DNA from: Phoronis australis
Taxonomy: Eukaryota > Animalia > Phoronida
DNA length: 64,000 nt
Reading direction: 5' to 3'
Assembly: GCA_002633005.1 (NCBI GenBank)
Contig: NMRA01000235.1
Location: 236,808-300,807, forward strand
The notes beneath the pieces were generated by a model. The model was not told the DNA's origin. It saw nothing but the letters and a program-made list of their open reading frames with translations, and did not search any database. Positions 27,598 to 39,211 of this stretch are shown one piece after another; within the stretch, counting starts at the first letter, position 1; the number at the start of each line of letters is the position of its first letter. Made by a program: the position numbers and the translations under genes.

Positions 27598-27830
27598 TGG
27601 GACTCCATTTCAAGAAACTGGCTTAAGTTCATTTTTGACTTAAGTCTAAGATTTGTCTCAACTTCCAAACATTGAACCTTTCACATCCGGCAAGTAAATC
27701 AAAGTTAAGACAAATTTTAAGTCGAAAACTTTTGTTGAATTGGCGTTGAGACAAATTTAAATTTTATCTTTACATTGATTGAAATTTAAGAGTTTTCTTA
27801 GCTAAGTCTGTCAGTTTCTTGGAACAGGCT
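27598..27830. mobile_element. Degenerate MITE-like element
   Basis: Subterminal inverted match TTCAAGAAACTG ... CAGTTTCTTGGAA and internal inverted ATTTGTCTCAAC/GTTGAGACAAAT. No clear target-site duplication. Confidence 0.4.
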
Positions 27831-28725
27831 CTCATCTCGCCGCGATTTGTAACAAAATCAAAAAGGAAGGTTTTATGTTGTTTTAAAACTTTAGTCAAAG
27901 CTATCAAATTAATTGGTTAAAAATCCTATCCCGCCAACAATAAGTTCCAAAGTCTGATTTCAGAAGTAAGAACGACGATGTTCCTTTAACACAATCCCCT
28001 TGATGTGAAAAAAATATGAACACGTGACTTGACACACAGCTTTACAGCAACAAAAATAAATAATTTACTTTGTTTGTTCTATGATTCAGCTTTTATGTAG
28101 AGCAGACAATGAGTTATTTTCGCTTAAAAATACCAAAACTTGTCCTGCGACAGATTAAGAGCTTTTTCTCATTAGAAGGGTCAACGTTCAAAAATAAACG
28201 TGTGGCACAAAGATGTAGCTCATGTAAGCACACAAATTGCAGTTGAGTAAAAAATAACAGAGTATGATCATTACGGACAAAACGGTTGTAAAATCACCCG
28301 CCATTAAATACTCAAAACGGTAATTAACTGACAAGTGGATTGTCTTACACAAGTACTAATCATAGATAACCTCATTATAATCGTGTTGACGTCATTCTTA
28401 ATCAGCCAATAATTAACTCCAACCCGGTATGTGGGTATCGGGAACCCTATGTCAGACGTCTAAACCCCGTGCATACTTATCACGCCGAGTATATCAAACA
28501 CAAACGTAAAAAAGTATTTGTTCTTTGAGCCGTCGTATTTGAACATGGAAGCTGTCAAAAGCTCTTGGTAGAACAAAGATTTCTATATCTTTTACACTAA
28601 ATAACTGTGTTAATTTTTAAAAGGCACCCAAATTGTGTACCTTAATTATTGTAGAAAAATATACATCTTAAAAAATTGCTGTCCAAATAATTACTCTTTC
28701 ATTTAATTACAAATAGATAAGTAAT

Positions 28726-28788
28726 ACGTATTGTTGACGTCACACCACGTATTGTTGACGTCACACCACGTATTGTTGACGTCACACC
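28726..28788. repeat. 21-bp tandem repeat x3 (ACGTATTGTTGACGTCACACC), each unit containing TGACGTCA
   Basis: Direct observation. Confidence 0.9.
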
Positions 28789-28919
28789 CCGACTTTCAAT
28801 AAAAGTGAAATCCTAGCTTTCTTAAGATGTCCACAATTTTTTTATAAATTAGTAAACTTGAATCAGTCTTTTAACTCAAAATGAATTTTGAGTTCTTGAA
28901 GGTGTATCCATACTTCTAG

Positions 28920-29030
28920 TAGTTATTGAACAGTTATCGAACCATGATTAGTTATTAAACAATTATCAAACCATTATTAGTTATCGAAAAATTATCAAAC
29001 TATTATTAGTTATTGAACAATTATCAAACT
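28920..29030. repeat. 29-bp minisatellite x~4 (TAGTTATTGAACAATTATCAAACYATTAT)
   Basis: Direct observation. Confidence 0.85.
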
Positions 29031-32000
29031 CACTTTTCTTAACATTCTTCTGAAAATGGTAGTTTGTATTACATCTTTCACTTGTCAATTTCTGTCTCAT
29101 TTGAACACGTTACTTTTTGAATTTGTATAGTATGGGCAATTTACTCAACGGCTAGCTTTACGCCGTTCCCTTTTGAATAAGTGCATAAAAAAAACAATAA
29201 AATTTTGCTAAGCCTCAAAAGCACAAAATCTGTCTTTAGGTTTTGCAACTTTTAGAATGTGCAATGCCTGGTTTTTATTATAATGCTTGCTTTCTAATTT
29301 ATAACTTATTGACCATACGTTATAATATAATTAATATACAATCTTGTTGGTCTCTGATTTTAGCGGTTTTATTCATTCCAGAGGTCACCTAGAATTTTTA
29401 ATGTTTTTCTATATTGTGGTCCTGGAAAGCCGTCTCTCTCTTCTTCTCTTCCTCTGTCTCTCTCCTCGTGGATATTCTTCACTGAATTCTCTCGATTCAT
29501 GAAAAACTGCTGCTGGTCTTATTCTACCCAGTAAGTCCTGGTGTGAGTGAGGCATTAGATGGCGTACGAGAGCGACTGCGTGAAGTTAAAGTGATCCCTC
29601 TCAAGCGACTTCAACAGCTCCTCGCCATTAATGCTATCAAGAATGTGAGAACTGATTATTTTCCAATTAGATTTCAAGAAGTCGTCACGATAACTTCTAC
29701 ACGGGAGATAATTTTGATCACACACTCAGCCGCACTTATCACGAGTTTAGTACGCGTACTGTGAACAAACATTCAATTTCAATATTGTATTTTATGATTT
29801 ACTGCCAATTAGTGGCCGATGAGTTAAGTAATAAGTCGATTTTATCACAGGGTTTGAAGTGAATATTCAAGCACTCGACTCGTTGACACACGTCAATCAA
29901 CGATAGGAGTGTACGGACACAATGCTATCGGGTACTTTCGTAACCATCCGGACGTAGCCATCGGTGGTGCGAAAAAGTGCGGTGCCGTCTTATTCTAAAA
30001 TTATTTCATCATAAAATGCCTAAAGCGAATTATTTATGGTGTTGCGCAAATGAAAAATGAATAAAAATGGCGATATGTTTATAATGCTTCCTGCTTAACT
30101 TGATTATTTCATTCAATATTTCTAATTAGCAATTATAACCATTGAGAGAGAAGATGGTAACTATTCCATTTCTTAATTCTATATTGCAACATTTTACGAA
30201 TAATTTAAAACTGGCCTTAAAATTGTCTTCAACCAAATTTCGTCTTATTTAGAAACTGATCAAATCTTAATTAAGTTGTATATGAGTTCTGATCTCGGGA
30301 ATAACTTAAAGTTCGTTAATTCCTCCCCAAAGTCTTGTCTTGGCTCGTCAGTTAGAGCTCCAGGGATCAGCCTCAAACAGGAACGACGGTGCATACTTCA
30401 CTTGTTATCAGAATACGTGCCAGTTTAGTATAGTCCATATCAAAACTTGTAGTGTCTGCGACAGAAGGTGGATTTATTTTTTTTCTCACCGTCTTCGTGT
30501 AGAGATGCACTTTCATAGTTCGCTTGTAGAATAAATTAACATTTTGCACCATATTTTATTTAAATTTTACTAGTAAGATTTGAAAACTTTGTTATTCAGC
30601 AAATTTGTTCAAAATCCTTGGTTTACATCTTTACTTTCGAAAATTTCGGTATTGGCCATTTCTAGGGAAAAATGAATTTGTGCGTATTTTCTCGCATATA
30701 ATTACAAATTTGCGCACGCAAGGCAAGACTACTTGATGGTTATTTCCGACATGACACGGGCAGAACTTGAATAATACAAGTGTCTCTCAATATAAGCTCG
30801 AGAAGCTCTATAAAAATTGACATTTTAAGACCGCGTTTCGAATTTCTCTGAAGGCCTCTTCAGCTAACTTGAGAATGTCTGACTAACAACAAACCAGCAC
30901 GTGCGATACTGAAAACAACGACCAGGCACACCGACATCCTGGAAAGCCTAGGGAATACAGAGGCATTTATAATGAAATTTAAACAATCTATTTAATTGTG
31001 TTTCAACTTTTGTCGCTCGAGTACTCTTCACATGATCCGTTTGTCAACTTAACAGTATCGCAGTTAAATATTTGTTAATATTACTGTAGACAGAGATAGG
31101 GGTCCGCCACGGTTTGTATTTCACAAAACATTGGGAATACACTGCATTCACAAAGAGTTTAATTTCTCTATTTGTTTTGTAAGTAAATACATGTACTTAA
31201 TTTGTAAGCAGCACGCATATCGTTTTCCACGACCACTCGGCTACCGATAATGACAGTTAATATAGCAGTGACAACTAAATCTCAAAGTGGTTATACACTA
31301 GCAAACAAATATACCTGTTCAAAGTTCCTCAACCAAAGCGTTATTAACAAATTCCGTGTTCATTTCAATACGCAAACGCAAACGCAGCCATGTTGCAGGA
31401 CGCATTTGTGAAATTTCGTCGAAAACGTCTTACTGTACAAATGGATTCGGATATAATGTGTAACAAGGTAATTTTTAAACAGCACAATAATGCTTTCACG
31501 ATGTTCGCCGTGTGATTGATTTGATGACCGTACGTCAAGCAGTTGAACTTGTCGTTCGTGTGTATGTGTTATTTGGTCATACATGTAAATATGATCTTAC
31601 GGTGAACATTCAATTTGATGGTTCGAGCGGACGATTCAGTGGTTCTGGAGCATGATCCGAGGTTCGTGGGCATGATTGTCAGGTTTTCTAGTGGTCGGTT
31701 GGTTCGGGGTGTGAACATCACAACACTAATTAATGCAATGACTATCATAACGCTATTCATGATTAATCTTCATTTTACTATTTGCTCACTTGCAGTGTTT
31801 TGATTACATGTAAGTAGGTCAACTTGTAACTAGGTCAACAGCCCACGAACACTACAACATGCAATCAAGGAATTTGCAAAGAGCATTTTAAATATTTCTT
31901 TAACTATTCAAATTAATCAATATCAAATAAAATGGACGTTTTCCCCAATTTCCATAAAATATTTGCACATCATAATCGTATGAGCCCCACTGCATCTGAA

Positions 32001-32049
32001 TTCAAAGCAAGCAAGATATTTCATGGCTATGTACCTATATTGTATTTAG

Positions 32050-32313
32050 CACCTTCTCATTTGAAATGAGCTTTTCTCAAATAAATGAGCTTCGAAAAAA
32101 GGACTTAAATTGAATACTTAATAAGGTATTTCCCAGACAATGCCACACTTGCAAATTCATTAATCGGTCTATCCTGTATATATATAGGGTATACCACTAG
32201 CGTCATTCGTTTGAGTGTGGCATTGTTTGGGCAATACCTTATTAAGTATTCAATTTAAGTCCTTTTTTCGAAGCTCATTTATTTGAGAAAAGCTCATTTC
32301 AAATGAGAAGGTG
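32050..32313. mobile_element. Foldback/MITE-like long inverted repeat, ~100-bp near-perfect arms
   Basis: CACCTTCTCATTTGAAATGAGCTTTTCTC...CAATGCCACACT is mirrored by AGTGTGGCATTG...GAGAAAAGCTCATTTCAAATGAGAAGGTG. Confidence 0.8.
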
Positions 32314-32542
32314 TTATTTCCTCTCACCCCGTCCTTCCTCGTCTAAGGTGGGTTGCTAGATCAGTAAAAATAATTCACTCCTCCCTGTGATGGTACACTC
32401 ATATTTGTTGAAGAAATATGTCATTGTTACAACTGAAAGACATTATATTTTAGACAGCGACAAAATGTTTGGAATAGCTTACTGTGAGATGCGAAAAAGA
32501 AAATGATTTTCGGTTTTCACAGGACAAAGTAACATTTCTCGT

Positions 32543-32848
32543 TCACCACCATCACCACCATAATCATCACCACGACCACCACCACGATCACCATCGTCAC
32601 CATAACTATCATCACCACCACCATCATCATCCACCATAATCGCCACCTCCATCATCATCACCACAACCACCATCACCATCATCATCAACATCTCCACCAC
32701 CGCGTTCATCATCACCATCACCATCATGATCTTCACCGCCATCACCACTACCACCTTCGCCAGCATCATCACCATCGGCAACACCACATTCACCAATATC
32801 ATCCCCGCCACCATCACCATCACAACCACCGACACGACTACCACCTCA
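32543..32848. repeat. Degenerate (CAC/CAT)n trinucleotide tract
   Basis: Direct observation; source of the spurious V/M-rich and T/I-rich ORFs. Confidence 0.92.
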
Positions 32849-33129
32849 CTATCTTTTTTATTACTAATCTTCTATAGCGTGATCATCCTACCAGTTTTTA
32901 AACGCAATGCCGGATTTATATGAGCTTTCTCGGGAATTTTTCGCAGTTTTTGCGTAATATTAAATATTCTAGAAAATAAGGACTGTGTTCGATCGGAAAA
33001 TCTGCAGGGACAGCAGGGACAGCAGGGACACCCTTGCTTCATCAGCTTCATCGTTGTTGTTGTTGCAGTTGTTTTCAGCAGTGTTGATGCCGTCGGTGTG
33101 TTCATTGTTGTTTATATAACAACAATAAC

Positions 33130-33390
33130 AACAAGTGAGCTACAACTGACCAGCGAGCTGTGGTGAAAACAACAACGAGTGATGTGACTACTGACGAGCG
33201 AGCTCTGGTGATAACGACAACGAGTGATGCGACAACTAACCAGCGCGCTCTCGTGAAACGACTGATGAGACAATTGACCCGCGCGCACTCGTGAAAACAA
33301 GGCCGAGTGATGCGACATCTCAGTGAGCTCTCGTGAAAACAACACTGAACGAGTGATGCTACAACTGACCAGCGAATTCTCGTGAAAACT
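33130..33390. repeat. Degenerate ~45-bp minisatellite (GAGTGATGCGACAACTGACCAGCGAGCTCTCGTGAAAACAAC)
   Basis: About 5-6 diverged units visible. Confidence 0.75.
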
Positions 33391-34417
33391 CGCTCTTGTT
33401 CGACTGTGTATTGATAAATGCGCCTAAGTCGGCGTAGGGGCGTTCCCGTTCAGAAGCATGTGGAATTGTTTGCCTTTCTGCGTTCCACACAAGTGTCTTG
33501 CTACTTATTTTGTTTGCATTACTCTGTTAATTAAGTCGTGAGACTAATTACCAAACAAAGAGGCCTGTAGAAAGCGGTGTGAGTTTGGTGCGGATTCCAG
33601 AAGTTTTGAAGGACGACCGTCAAACCTTTTGTCAGATAAATGTAATCTCATTGGTAAGAGATCCTGACGATTGGAATTTTTGCTTTCATAATGCAGCAAT
33701 CGCCAGTGTTTTTTAATTTACCTTCCATACTTAAAGCGCTGGTAAAACGGTGTTCCTTCCCTACATCATGTAGACCGTTATACGGTATCACCTCGGCATG
33801 TTAACGTAGGGAACATACACGTGTCCATGAGATCGGACTTGTTATGACCGTACGGCGAGTTGAGTGCATACAACATGTTTAACGGATTAATGTACCCGAC
33901 GTAATGGCAATCATAAACAAAGATTTCTCCGATTTCTAGAGTGCATCAACTGTAACAGGTTGGCACCTGAATTCACGTTAACACGAATTAATTCTGAGAG
34001 TTTCCTTATGGAGGTTCCCCAGACCCGCCTCCCCGCAGTATGCCCCGTCTCCCGAGCTCTACCGGATGCCTGCCGTCTACACGCATGCCTCTGAGAATCA
34101 CCTAAAAATCCCATACAGCAAGACTTGAGAAAGTCCAACATCTAATTAAACAATCTGCACGCCGTGTGTGCCATTTTGATGTCGCGTTGCCATGTGACGC
34201 TCCAACAAATGTCAAGGTAATTTTCTCCCGTCTCCCCGTCTCTAGGTAACCTGCAAGCGTTCCCTAGTTTCTAATTTACAGGTTTATGTATCGACGGAAA
34301 TATTACGATTTTTTGACAATTAAATGTTGATCTCGTAAAAAATAGATGATCCTTCAGTGAACTTAGACGCAAATTGAAATTCAATAAAATCTGTATCATG
34401 CACCTACTGTACATAGA

Positions 34418-35419
34418 GAGTGGCGAATCTAGGATATTACAAGGGTGGGGGACAACATTTGGTCCGGCTGTAAGCATTTGCGCAAACCACGATGGTAGAT
34501 GCGCATAGCACCGAAGGGGGGGAGGTCGGGAGGCGGGCTCCCCTCCCGCCCAGGAAATTTTTCTGTTTTTCCTCTAAAAATCAAGCATTCAGTTTCCTTG
34601 ATACCTAAAGTATACTCCAAGAAAAAAAAGGCAAAAACAAAACACGGAGAACATGTAAAACAAGAAAACCTGCAAATACGAGAGACTCGAACTCACGAAC
34701 TGGCGGATTGAGTGCGTGTGCTTTACCACTACACTACCACGACTTAGCTAATGTTATAATAAGAGACCTACTTGTTTATGGTCCACAGCATTTGCGCGCG
34801 AAACCTACTTCTTTTTGTAATGCTTATTACACGTTTTATATTTTGTGCCATTGGTTCTTAACAAATTTGTTGTATTTAAAATAGTCTTCAAATGCCCAAA
34901 AGACCAAATCCGTTTTTTGTGTTGCCAATAATGACGGGATTGCTTTGGAAATCGTCTTAAGCTAAGGTTTGACAAAGAGAGAATTATGAGTTTCTGAGTG
35001 ATTCACTAAGGCTTCGATTAAAATTCACATCTTACCAGCAGCTTCTGTTTTTTTCATCGTCAATCAGGTTCCATTTTCTTTAAAAAATGAAGTAAATTTT
35101 CTTCAACGCACAGTGGAGCAGACGACGGAAACGGAGTCGTAGTGCGCAACGCCACTGCCGGTCGCCTGAGATATCGCGGGAGAGCCTATACTTAGCCATA
35201 GTTCCGTTACGAATGCGCCGTGTTCCGAATTTAACACTTGAAATTGGATCTGAGCCCCCCCAAACACTAAAACTGCACACATATAAATATTGTTTCATCC
35301 GTATAATTTTAATTACCGGGTTTAATTAATAAACTCAACATTTCCCTACGCTCTTGCTGTCTTATTTTTTTGCGGCAGCCAAGGGAGGGGGGGGCCCTTC
35401 TCCCCTAAATCCGCCTATG
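34418..35419. mobile_element. Non-autonomous DNA-transposon-like element with GC-rich subterminal blocks
   Basis: Ends GAGTGGCGAATCTAGG ... CCTAAATCCGCCTATG form a degenerate TIR. Internal GGGGGGAGGTCGGGAGGCGGGCTCCCCTCCCGCCCAGGAAATTTTT block. Target-site duplication not clear. Confidence 0.45.
34681..34743 (-). mobile_element. tRNA-derived SINE head / tRNA pseudogene
   Basis: The - strand reads GTCGTGG-TAGTGTAGTGG(A box)-TAAAGCAC...GAGTTCGAGTC(B box). There is no intact cloverleaf acceptor stem. Confidence 0.55.
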
Positions 35420-35458
35420 TAGAGATGAGCGCACGAGACATTTTTCATTAATCTGAAC

Positions 35459-36755
35459 TTTATTCATTATTTATTTATTACTGTAATATTTACAATGAGG
35501 GTAGCCCCATCAGTTCACACTGCTTTCCATGGGGGCCCTCAGTAAAAAAACAAACAGATAGTACGGCAAAAACAGAATTACAAAATGAAACACAAATTTA
35601 AGTAATAAGCAAAGAATAAGAAATTAACATGGAAAGACTGATGAAGCAAAATAAAAAATACAATATGATAAATAAAAGATAAAGAAATTAAGACAAGATA
35701 ATTAACTAAAAAATAAAAAAAAATAAATATAAATATAAAAAATTAAAACAGACAATAAATAATTAATAAAAGTAAGACATTATATAAATAACAAATGAAT
35801 AAACATGCAATTCTTAGACACTACATGGAGTTAAATCTATTTCTTATAATTCTTTTAATGATTAGAAAGGATGATGTAGATTTGGCATCTGCAGGGAGAG
35901 AGTTCGATAAAAAGGGTCCGCTGTAGGAAAATGATTTTTTCCCAGTCCCGCTTGTGCGTTTAGGAACATTGAAATCAGATGATGATGAGGACCTAGTATT
36001 GTAGCGATTAGTAGTCATCTTAAACTTAGCACATAAGTAAGATGGGACAAGACTTTTAAAACATTTGTACAAACAACAAGCAGATAGGAATTGATGTCTT
36101 GTGTGAATTTTCATTATACCAGTCTCTTTATGAAGATTTTCGATACTAACATCTCTAACACCAGCTCCCAGAATAATCCGGGCAGCCCTATTTTGGATAA
36201 CCTGGATGGTTTTCATATCCTTGCCTGATGCAACACCCCACACCAGGAGGCAATAATCTAGGTGAGGTTGAATGATAGCATTAAAAAGGGTTTTCAGTGT
36301 TACTTTGTTTACGAGTTTACTGATGCGTTTCAACACACCAATTTTCTTAGACACCTTTTTCGAGATATAATCAACGTGGTGAGAGAATTTAAGATTTTGA
36401 TCATATATAAGTCCCAGATATTTAAAGGAAATGACGTTTTCAATTGGTCTTCCATCCATAGTTAATGACAGGATTTGGTTTCGAAGTCTTTGGGATGTGC
36501 CAAATAGAAGAGTTTTAGTTTTAGAAACATTTAAGGATAGTTTATTGGATACAAGCCAATCTGAAATGATTGTTAAATCAGAGTTGAGATTCGCCTGGAT
36601 TTCAGATGAGGTTCTGCCTGCAGACAGTACTGTTGTGTCATCCGCGTAGAGAACAAATTTGAATTATTGAGGGGAGATCATTGACAAAGATGCAAAATAG
36701 CAAGGGCCCCAGTATAGACCTCTGGGGGAACACCCTTTTTAACGGTTTTGAGATC
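35459..36755 (-). mobile_element. 5'-truncated L2/Crack-like LINE: RT C-terminal half, 3' UTR, terminal stem-loop and AATAA-type tail
   Basis: SILGPLLFCIFVND, LYADDT, FKYLGLIYDQNLKF..H, PHLDYC..VWG, QNRAARII, SFSYSGP..NSLP (ORF 35821-36459). Tail at 35459-35480; frameshift near 36670. Confidence 0.9.
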
Positions 36756-36921
36756 AGAGATATCTTTGACGACACGAACCTCTAAAAATTGTCATTTCGG
36801 TGAATTTTAACGTAGGTTCGGGGGGGTCAGTTGTATATCAATTGTGCGCGGGCGAGCTTTATTAGTTTCGACGTTGACACGAGCTTCATTAACATCCCCT
36901 CAGTACTCAGTATCCTCATGA

Positions 36922-37110
36922 TAGGGACGCACTACAGGACGCACCATGTAGGGACGCACAGTAGGGACGCACTATAGGAACGCCCCATGTATGGACGCAC
37001 AATAGGGAGACATTATAGGGACGCATTATAGGGCGCACCATGTAGGGACGCTAAATGAGGACGCACTATAGAACGCACCATGTAGAGACGAACAATAGCA
37101 CATAGGGACA
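36922..37110. repeat. Degenerate 14-17-bp tandem repeat (TAGGGACGCAC[CATG/TA])
   Basis: Direct observation. Confidence 0.85.
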
Positions 37111-38886
37111 CATTGTGCAGTGGACTTATTACATATTTCTGTTGTTAGTCGTCAATGTATACAACATATGGCTAATCACAAGTACTCTGGATTTTAACTC
37201 GAGTTTTAATACAATGTCAACACCAGCAATATAAAGTCTAACGAGACTAATAATGTGTAAATACGGTGACGTGTGTAGTTAATTATTGTCGTCACGTTTA
37301 ACGTGTGTCTGTTAGTTTTATTGCAACCATCAGACTTGTGAAAGTCCGGCATTTTCATTTTTTACCATTCATTATTGCGGTTGGGCTGTGCACGGCCATG
37401 TATTGTAAGAGTTGATCATGAACAAAGGCACCGCAACACAAAATAGAGGAACGATATAATGGTTTTCGTTTGATCGAAATACAAACGAGCTCACCATCGA
37501 GTCACAGGAGTAGGGTTATTTTGCCGCGATTGCGATAAAGAGCTATATCCCAACAATATCGCGCAATTTTCATGAGTGTGTAAGTGAACGTATTGTGGAA
37601 AAAACAGTCGCTTTCTCGACCATATTAAACATGAGGTAGATCAGAGTTTCAAGTTTTTGAATACTCTAGTTTGGAAAAATCATTAGCTAAGACTGCTTCA
37701 ATTGATCATCAAAAAGGCAGAAACAGCCCTGAAAATCCGTGAGCTGTCAATTCTGACTAACACGTTAGGCTGATTGACAGCCGGTGTTGGTAAAGATTGA
37801 CAGGTGTTGGTAGAGATCGACTAACTTCCTCGAACCACGAGATACATGTAACATAGTGTGGGTATGATGAACAATTCCTTTATCTCTCAGGTCTAACCTT
37901 CAATAGCAGGGACAGAGTTGTCCCGTAAGTTGAGTGAAATCGCCGAAGTGCGTTCGGTTGATGTATCATTTTAAAGGTTTCGACGTCATATAGATGGCGG
38001 TGGAGATGGTCAAAATGTATACTTTTATGTAGTTTCATCACGTCTTTTAAAAATGGTGAAATAATCAACGGCTCAGAACACCGCCAACTGGTACTTCTAT
38101 CGGAAGAACAACACATATTCCATAGACGTATTAGCCGACACCGGCAGTCGCCAAAGACTTAATAAATGAAGATGTAATATAGTCAAATACGTTATTATTA
38201 TTTTTCTATCACGTTGTTTTTAGCTCAAATTTATTACCATTTGTGCACGTTTTCGGGGAGAGAGGGATTTTGAAAAATGTCGGGACTGGATCACTATAGC
38301 CTACGCCGCCCATGAAATTTTCTATGAATCAGCCAGGGATAATTTCAGAAGCGCGCTCGCGTAACTGACGCAAAAATAATTGCTCAATTCGGGCCAATTA
38401 ACTTAGATCCGATTTGTCTCAGCGTACAGAACACAAACTGTATTCACATTATTTTACACTTCCTCCATCAGTCATGCTAGTTTGTTTACGTAAAGCGCTA
38501 TCTGTTGAGAATTCGGTCAGCCAATCAGAAACGCCGGTGTAAAAAAGTTTCCCCGGAAGAAAGTTAACGGATACCTGCGTGTCCTTTACCTTCTAGCGGC
38601 CACGCAGGGAACCAGCAAGGAATGTGGCTGCCACTGCCATCTTTCGTCATAAATGTGTTGGACGTCATAATCATGTGACAATAAAACGTTTGTTATGATG
38701 ACCTTCGATGACCCCAATGGTGTGAAAGAATACTATGCGAAGAAGTTCTTAAATTAATGTTCGAATTGTCTAAAAGTTTTTGTAAGAAAGTATTTAAAAT
38801 ATATTAAAATTTGCGTTCACACTTTATTGAGCTGAGAATCTGTTAATATACTTCATTTAAAACAGCTAATCAAATTTATGCATGCG

Positions 38887-38945
38887 TATAAATTTCTCTC
38901 TTATGACGCTGTGAAGTGTTATTCGCCATTTTGGAAGTAGGAAGC
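38887..38945 (+). promoter_or_regulatory. Putative PTTG1IP promoter: TATAAAT (38887-38893), YY1-type CGCCATTTT (38924-38932), GGAAG cores
   Basis: Motifs lie 100-150 nt upstream of the ATG. Confidence 0.4.
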
Positions 38946-39039
38946 TGAGAGTCCCTGTCGTGAAAAACGCTTTGTTGCTTTGTACAGCTTATTATTGCCT
39001 TTGGAGCCATTAATTTATACAATTCATACAAAACAAAAG

Positions 39040-39211
39040 ATGACTCGATTACTGGTGTTTGTGTTTGTGTGTGTAGCTGTCCTTGAGACAAGTTCTGGAT
39101 TTAAAATGAAACAACAGAACTTTTCCACCGTTTCAACCCAAACTTTGTTGTCAACAGAGAATCGTCGGAGTACCCAAGATAAGCCTACACCATCTCAGAC
39201 ACCTGAACAAG
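39040..39211 (+). CDS. PTTG1IP: PTTG1IP exon 1: signal peptide (MTRLLVFVFVCVAVLETSSG) and Ser/Thr/Pro/Gln-rich stalk
   Basis: Start context AAAGATG, hydrophobic leader and phase-1 donor AAG|gtatat (weak), in frame with exon 2. Confidence 0.75.

Noticed and set aside
20798-27989. TTAAAGGAAC ... GTTCCTTTAA as ends of one 7-kb Kolobok-like transposon
   Set aside because: The match is only ~10 bp, similar ends occur elsewhere (for example ~14532), and no transposase lies between them; more likely independent short remnants.
32479-33345. V/M-rich, T-rich and CCPCCPC ORFs
   Set aside because: Products of trinucleotide and 9-bp/45-bp repeats.
33130-33390. Repeat units with variable interiors resembling a CRISPR array
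   Set aside because: Units are diverged tandem copies without unique spacers, the context is eukaryotic, and there are no cas genes.
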